Source of the DNA: an uncultured Planctomycetaceae bacterium
GTDB taxonomy: Bacteria; Planctomycetota; Phycisphaerae; UBA1845; UTPLA1
Length of the DNA stretch: 24,000 nt
Assembly (NCBI GenBank): GCA_964576285.1
Contig: CAZNUJ010000001.1
Span: 196,545-220,544 of the forward strand
Reading direction: 5' to 3'
Under the pieces are notes generated by a model. The model worked only from the letters and a program-made list of their open reading frames with translations, was not told where the DNA came from and searched no databases. A program made the translations under genes and the position numbers. This document shows, piece after piece, positions 21,783 through 24,000 of this stretch (positions are counted from its first letter, which is position 1; each line of letters opens with the position of its first letter).

Positions 21783-24000
21783 TCAATCGGCGCCCGGCGA
21801 CGCCTCCGCCGACGCGACCTGCAGCAGTTTGGACAACAACCTGGCGTCCGCCTGATCGGGCGCGGTGATCTCGAATCGAATCGTCGCGGACGCGCCGCGC
21901 GGCTCGATTCGAAGGCCCACTCCGAGCCCCGACAGCTCCGCCGGCGAAATCGCCCCGGATCGGACGGGAACCTCGACCACCAGCCCGTTGCGCACGTTGG
22001 TCGTGATGCGGGCCACACGGCCGCCGGAGCGGTCGATCAGACAGACGGCCGACTTCCGGCCCCAATCGACCGAGCAGTCGGGTCGCGCACGGCTCATGCG
22101 CCCGGTCAACTCGATCAGCGTCATGGGCTCCCACTGCGGCGGCTGCGTCGGCGAGATCGACTTCTGCGACAGGTGCCAGGCGCGGCCATTCACCTTCCAC
22201 GGCTGAGCCCGGGCGACATCGCGCGCCAGGCCGCGGACGTGTTGAAGGTAGCAGCGAACGGCCGTCTGCAGGAAGTTGCGGAACGCGGGGGTCTTGATCT
22301 CCCGCAGATCGTGCACGAGCAGCCGAACCGAATCCATGTCGCCGGCGGCCGGGCGAATCCGGACGCGGGGCTCGCGGCCGTACACCGGCAGGTCGTCGCG
22401 CTCGTCGAGTATCTTGAGCGCCAGTTGCGACGCCAGCACGGAGGACGAGAAGGTTCGCTTCGGCACGCGGAAGCACACGTCGAGCAGCCAGCGCGACCCC
22501 GTCAACGCGTGCATGAGCCACGGGACCTGTCCGGCCACGGCGCTGCTGGGCGGGCGAGCCTTGATTTTGACTCGGGTGCGGTCGTTCCAGTCGGTCGGCT
22601 CGAGCGCGGCGCGACCCAGTCGCTCGATCTGCTCCACGATGAACTCCAGCGCCGAGCCCTCCCACTCAATCTTCTCGCCGCGGCGGCTGACGCGTTCCCG
22701 CAGGTGCCAGCCGCGCCCGTCGATCTGCCACGGCATCTTCGCCGCGCCATCCTCCCCGAGGCTCGTCGCACCGTCGTCACCTTTCGAGCCACGGCCAGCC
22801 TTGGGCGAGGTCGTCGCTCCAGCGCTTGGGGCAGCGGTTTCGGGAGAATGGACCCGCGGCGCGCGCGGCCCGGCCGCCAGCACACTCCGCAGCGCTCGCC
22901 CCGTATGCGAGCGACGCTCGGCCGCGATGGTTTCCGGCGGCCCGGCCGCCACGATCCGCCCGCCGTCCGGTCCGGCTTCCGGGCCCAGGTCGATGATCCA
23001 GTCGGCCGTCTTCAGAACGTCGAGGTTGTGCTCGATGCACAGCACGGTATTGCCGCGGTCAACCAGCCGCTGCAACACGTCGAGCAGATTGCGAACGTCG
23101 TCAAAGTGCAGGCCGGTCGTCGGTTCATCCAGAACATAGAGCGTGCGGCCGGTGCTCGGCTTGCACAGCTCGGCCGCCAGCCGCACCCGCTGGGCCTCGC
23201 CGCCCGAGAGCGTGTTGGCGGCCTGGCCGAGCGGCAGATAGCCGAGGCCGACGTCGACCAGCGTTCGCAGCGGCGGGACGAGGCGCGGTACGTTGGCGAA
23301 CAACTCCAGCGCCTCGGCGGCGCGCAGTTCGAGCACGTCGGAGATCGACCGCCCCTTGTAGCGCACGTCGAGCGTCTCGCGGTTGTAGCGCCGGCCGCCG
23401 CACGTCTCGCAGGTCACCCACACGTCGGGCAGGAAGTGCATCTCGTGGCGGACCTGGCCGAGTCCCTCGCAGTCCTCGCACCGACCGCCGGGCCGATTGA
23501 AGCTGAAGCGGTTGGCCGTGAACCCGCGCACGCGACTGTCGGGCAGTCGTGCGAACAGGTCGCGGATCAGGTCGAACGCGCCCGTGTAGGTGCAGGCGTT
23601 CGACAGCGGCGAGTTGCCGATGGCCGACTGGTCGACGCTGATGACCTTGTCGATCTTCTCCGCGCCCTCGATGCGGTCATGCGTTCCAATCGCAAGTTGA
23701 GCGTGGTGAAGCCGATTGGCGAGGGCGGGATGGAGGATGTCCGATACGAGCGTGCTCTTGCCGCTGCCGGAAACGCCGCTGACGCAGACGAATCGAGCGA
23801 GCGGAAAACGTGCGTCGATATTCGCGAGGTTGTGTTGCCGCGCGCCGCGCACGGTCAGCCAGCCGCCCTCGTCCGGCGGCGGGCGGCGATCGCTCGGAAT
23901 CGGAATGGCGGCGGCGCCGCCGAGGTACCGGCCGGTGAGCGAAGCCGGCTCCAGCGCGAGTCGGTCCGGCGACGCCTCCGCCACGATGCGCCCGCCGTCC
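21783..24000 (-). CDS. uvrA: Excinuclease ABC subunit UvrA (N-terminal part off-window) with a ~360-aa non-canonical C-terminal extension
   Basis: The frame stays open to the window edge; the track start at 23984 is an internal GTG preceded in frame by ..DGGRI. The second ABC module is complete. It has Walker A GVSGSGKSTLV, the zinc module CEDCEGLG...CETCGGRRY, signature LSGGEAQRVRLA, Walker B LYVLDEPTTGLH and the usual C-terminal SHTGRALRSVL at about base 22870. The frame then continues for about 360 codons to the TGA at 21785-21783. Confidence 0.92.
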   Translation of the reverse strand, partial: DGGRIVAEASPDRLALEPASLTGRYLGGAAAIPIPSDRRPPPDEGGWLTVRGARQHNLANIDARFPLARFVCVSGVSGSGKSTLVSDILHPALANRLHHAQLAIGTHDRIEGAEKIDKVISVDQSAIGNSPLSNACTYTGAFDLIRDLFARLPDSRVRGFTANRFSFNRPGGRCEDCEGLGQVRHEMHFLPDVWVTCETCGGRRYNRETLDVRYKGRSISDVLELRAAEALELFANVPRLVPPLRTLVDVGLGYLPLGQAANTLSGGEAQRVRLAAELCKPSTGRTLYVLDEPTTGLHFDDVRNLLDVLQRLVDRGNTVLCIEHNLDVLKTADWIIDLGPEAGPDGGRIVAAGPPETIAAERRSHTGRALRSVLAAGPRAPRVHSPETAAPSAGATTSPKAGRGSKGDDGATSLGEDGAAKMPWQIDGRGWHLRERVSRRGEKIEWEGSALEFIVEQIERLGRAALEPTDWNDRTRVKIKARPPSSAVAGQVPWLMHALTGSRWLLDVCFRVPKRTFSSSVLASQLALKILDERDDLPVYGREPRVRIRPAAGDMDSVRLLVHDLREIKTPAFRNFLQTAVRCYLQHVRGLARDVARAQPWKVNGRAWHLSQKSISPTQPPQWEPMTLIELTGRMSRARPDCSVDWGRKSAVCLIDRSGGRVARITTNVRNGLVVEVPVRSGAISPAELSGLGVGLRIEPRGASATIRFEITAPDQADARLLSKLLQVASAEASPGAD

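Noticed and set aside
21721-22665. 314-aa minus-strand ORF in a different frame over the uvrA 3' extension
   Set aside because: It is extremely Arg/Gly/Pro-rich, whereas the uvrA-frame translation of the same bases is balanced and shows an internal repeat. The uvrA frame is therefore taken as the real one.
1-24000. Search for CRISPR arrays, tRNA/rRNA genes, IS elements, integrases, toxin-antitoxin pairs or defence-system hallmarks
   Set aside because: I could see no repeat-spacer periodicity, T-arm/anticodon-arm pattern, terminal inverted repeats or transposase/integrase-like ORF. Gene content is core envelope, translation and repair functions, so the window looks like ordinary chromosome rather than an accessory island.

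Overview
High-GC (roughly 70%) bacterial chromosomal window, almost entirely core housekeeping genes. I found no CRISPR array, tRNA/rRNA gene, transposase/integrase or obvious defence or mobile module. Bases 1-16510 are one co-directional (+) envelope block. It starts with a 5'-partial two-TM coiled-coil protein with polysaccharide co-polymerase-like topology and a GT4 glycosyltransferase. A reduced division/cell-wall (dcw) cluster follows: mraZ, a 518-nt non-coding spacer, rsmH, a LysM x2 bitopic protein, ftsL-like, ftsI, murE, murF, mraY, ftsW, murG. A PEP-CTERM secreted protein closes the block. murD is missing from its usual mraY-ftsW slot, and murC/murB/ddl/ftsQ/ftsA/ftsZ do not follow murG. 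Together with the PEP-CTERM protein and an FHA-GAF-PP2C regulator, this suggests a Planctomycetota/PVC-like organism; that is inference only. The rest holds a hypothetical membrane-anchored protein (-), a Fur-family regulator (+), glyQS (+) behind a structured AT-enriched leader, and a (-) strand run of uvrA (5' end off-window), a 62-aa lipoprotein and an FHA-GAF-PP2C phosphatase. The points most worth a second look are a ~360-aa internally duplicated C-terminal extension on UvrA, the LysM protein inside the dcw cluster, the structured mraZ-rsmH spacer with clustered GTACC motifs, and the glyQS leader. I see nothing that convincingly amounts to a novel multi-gene system. Many long ORFs in the track are antisense artefacts of high GC content.
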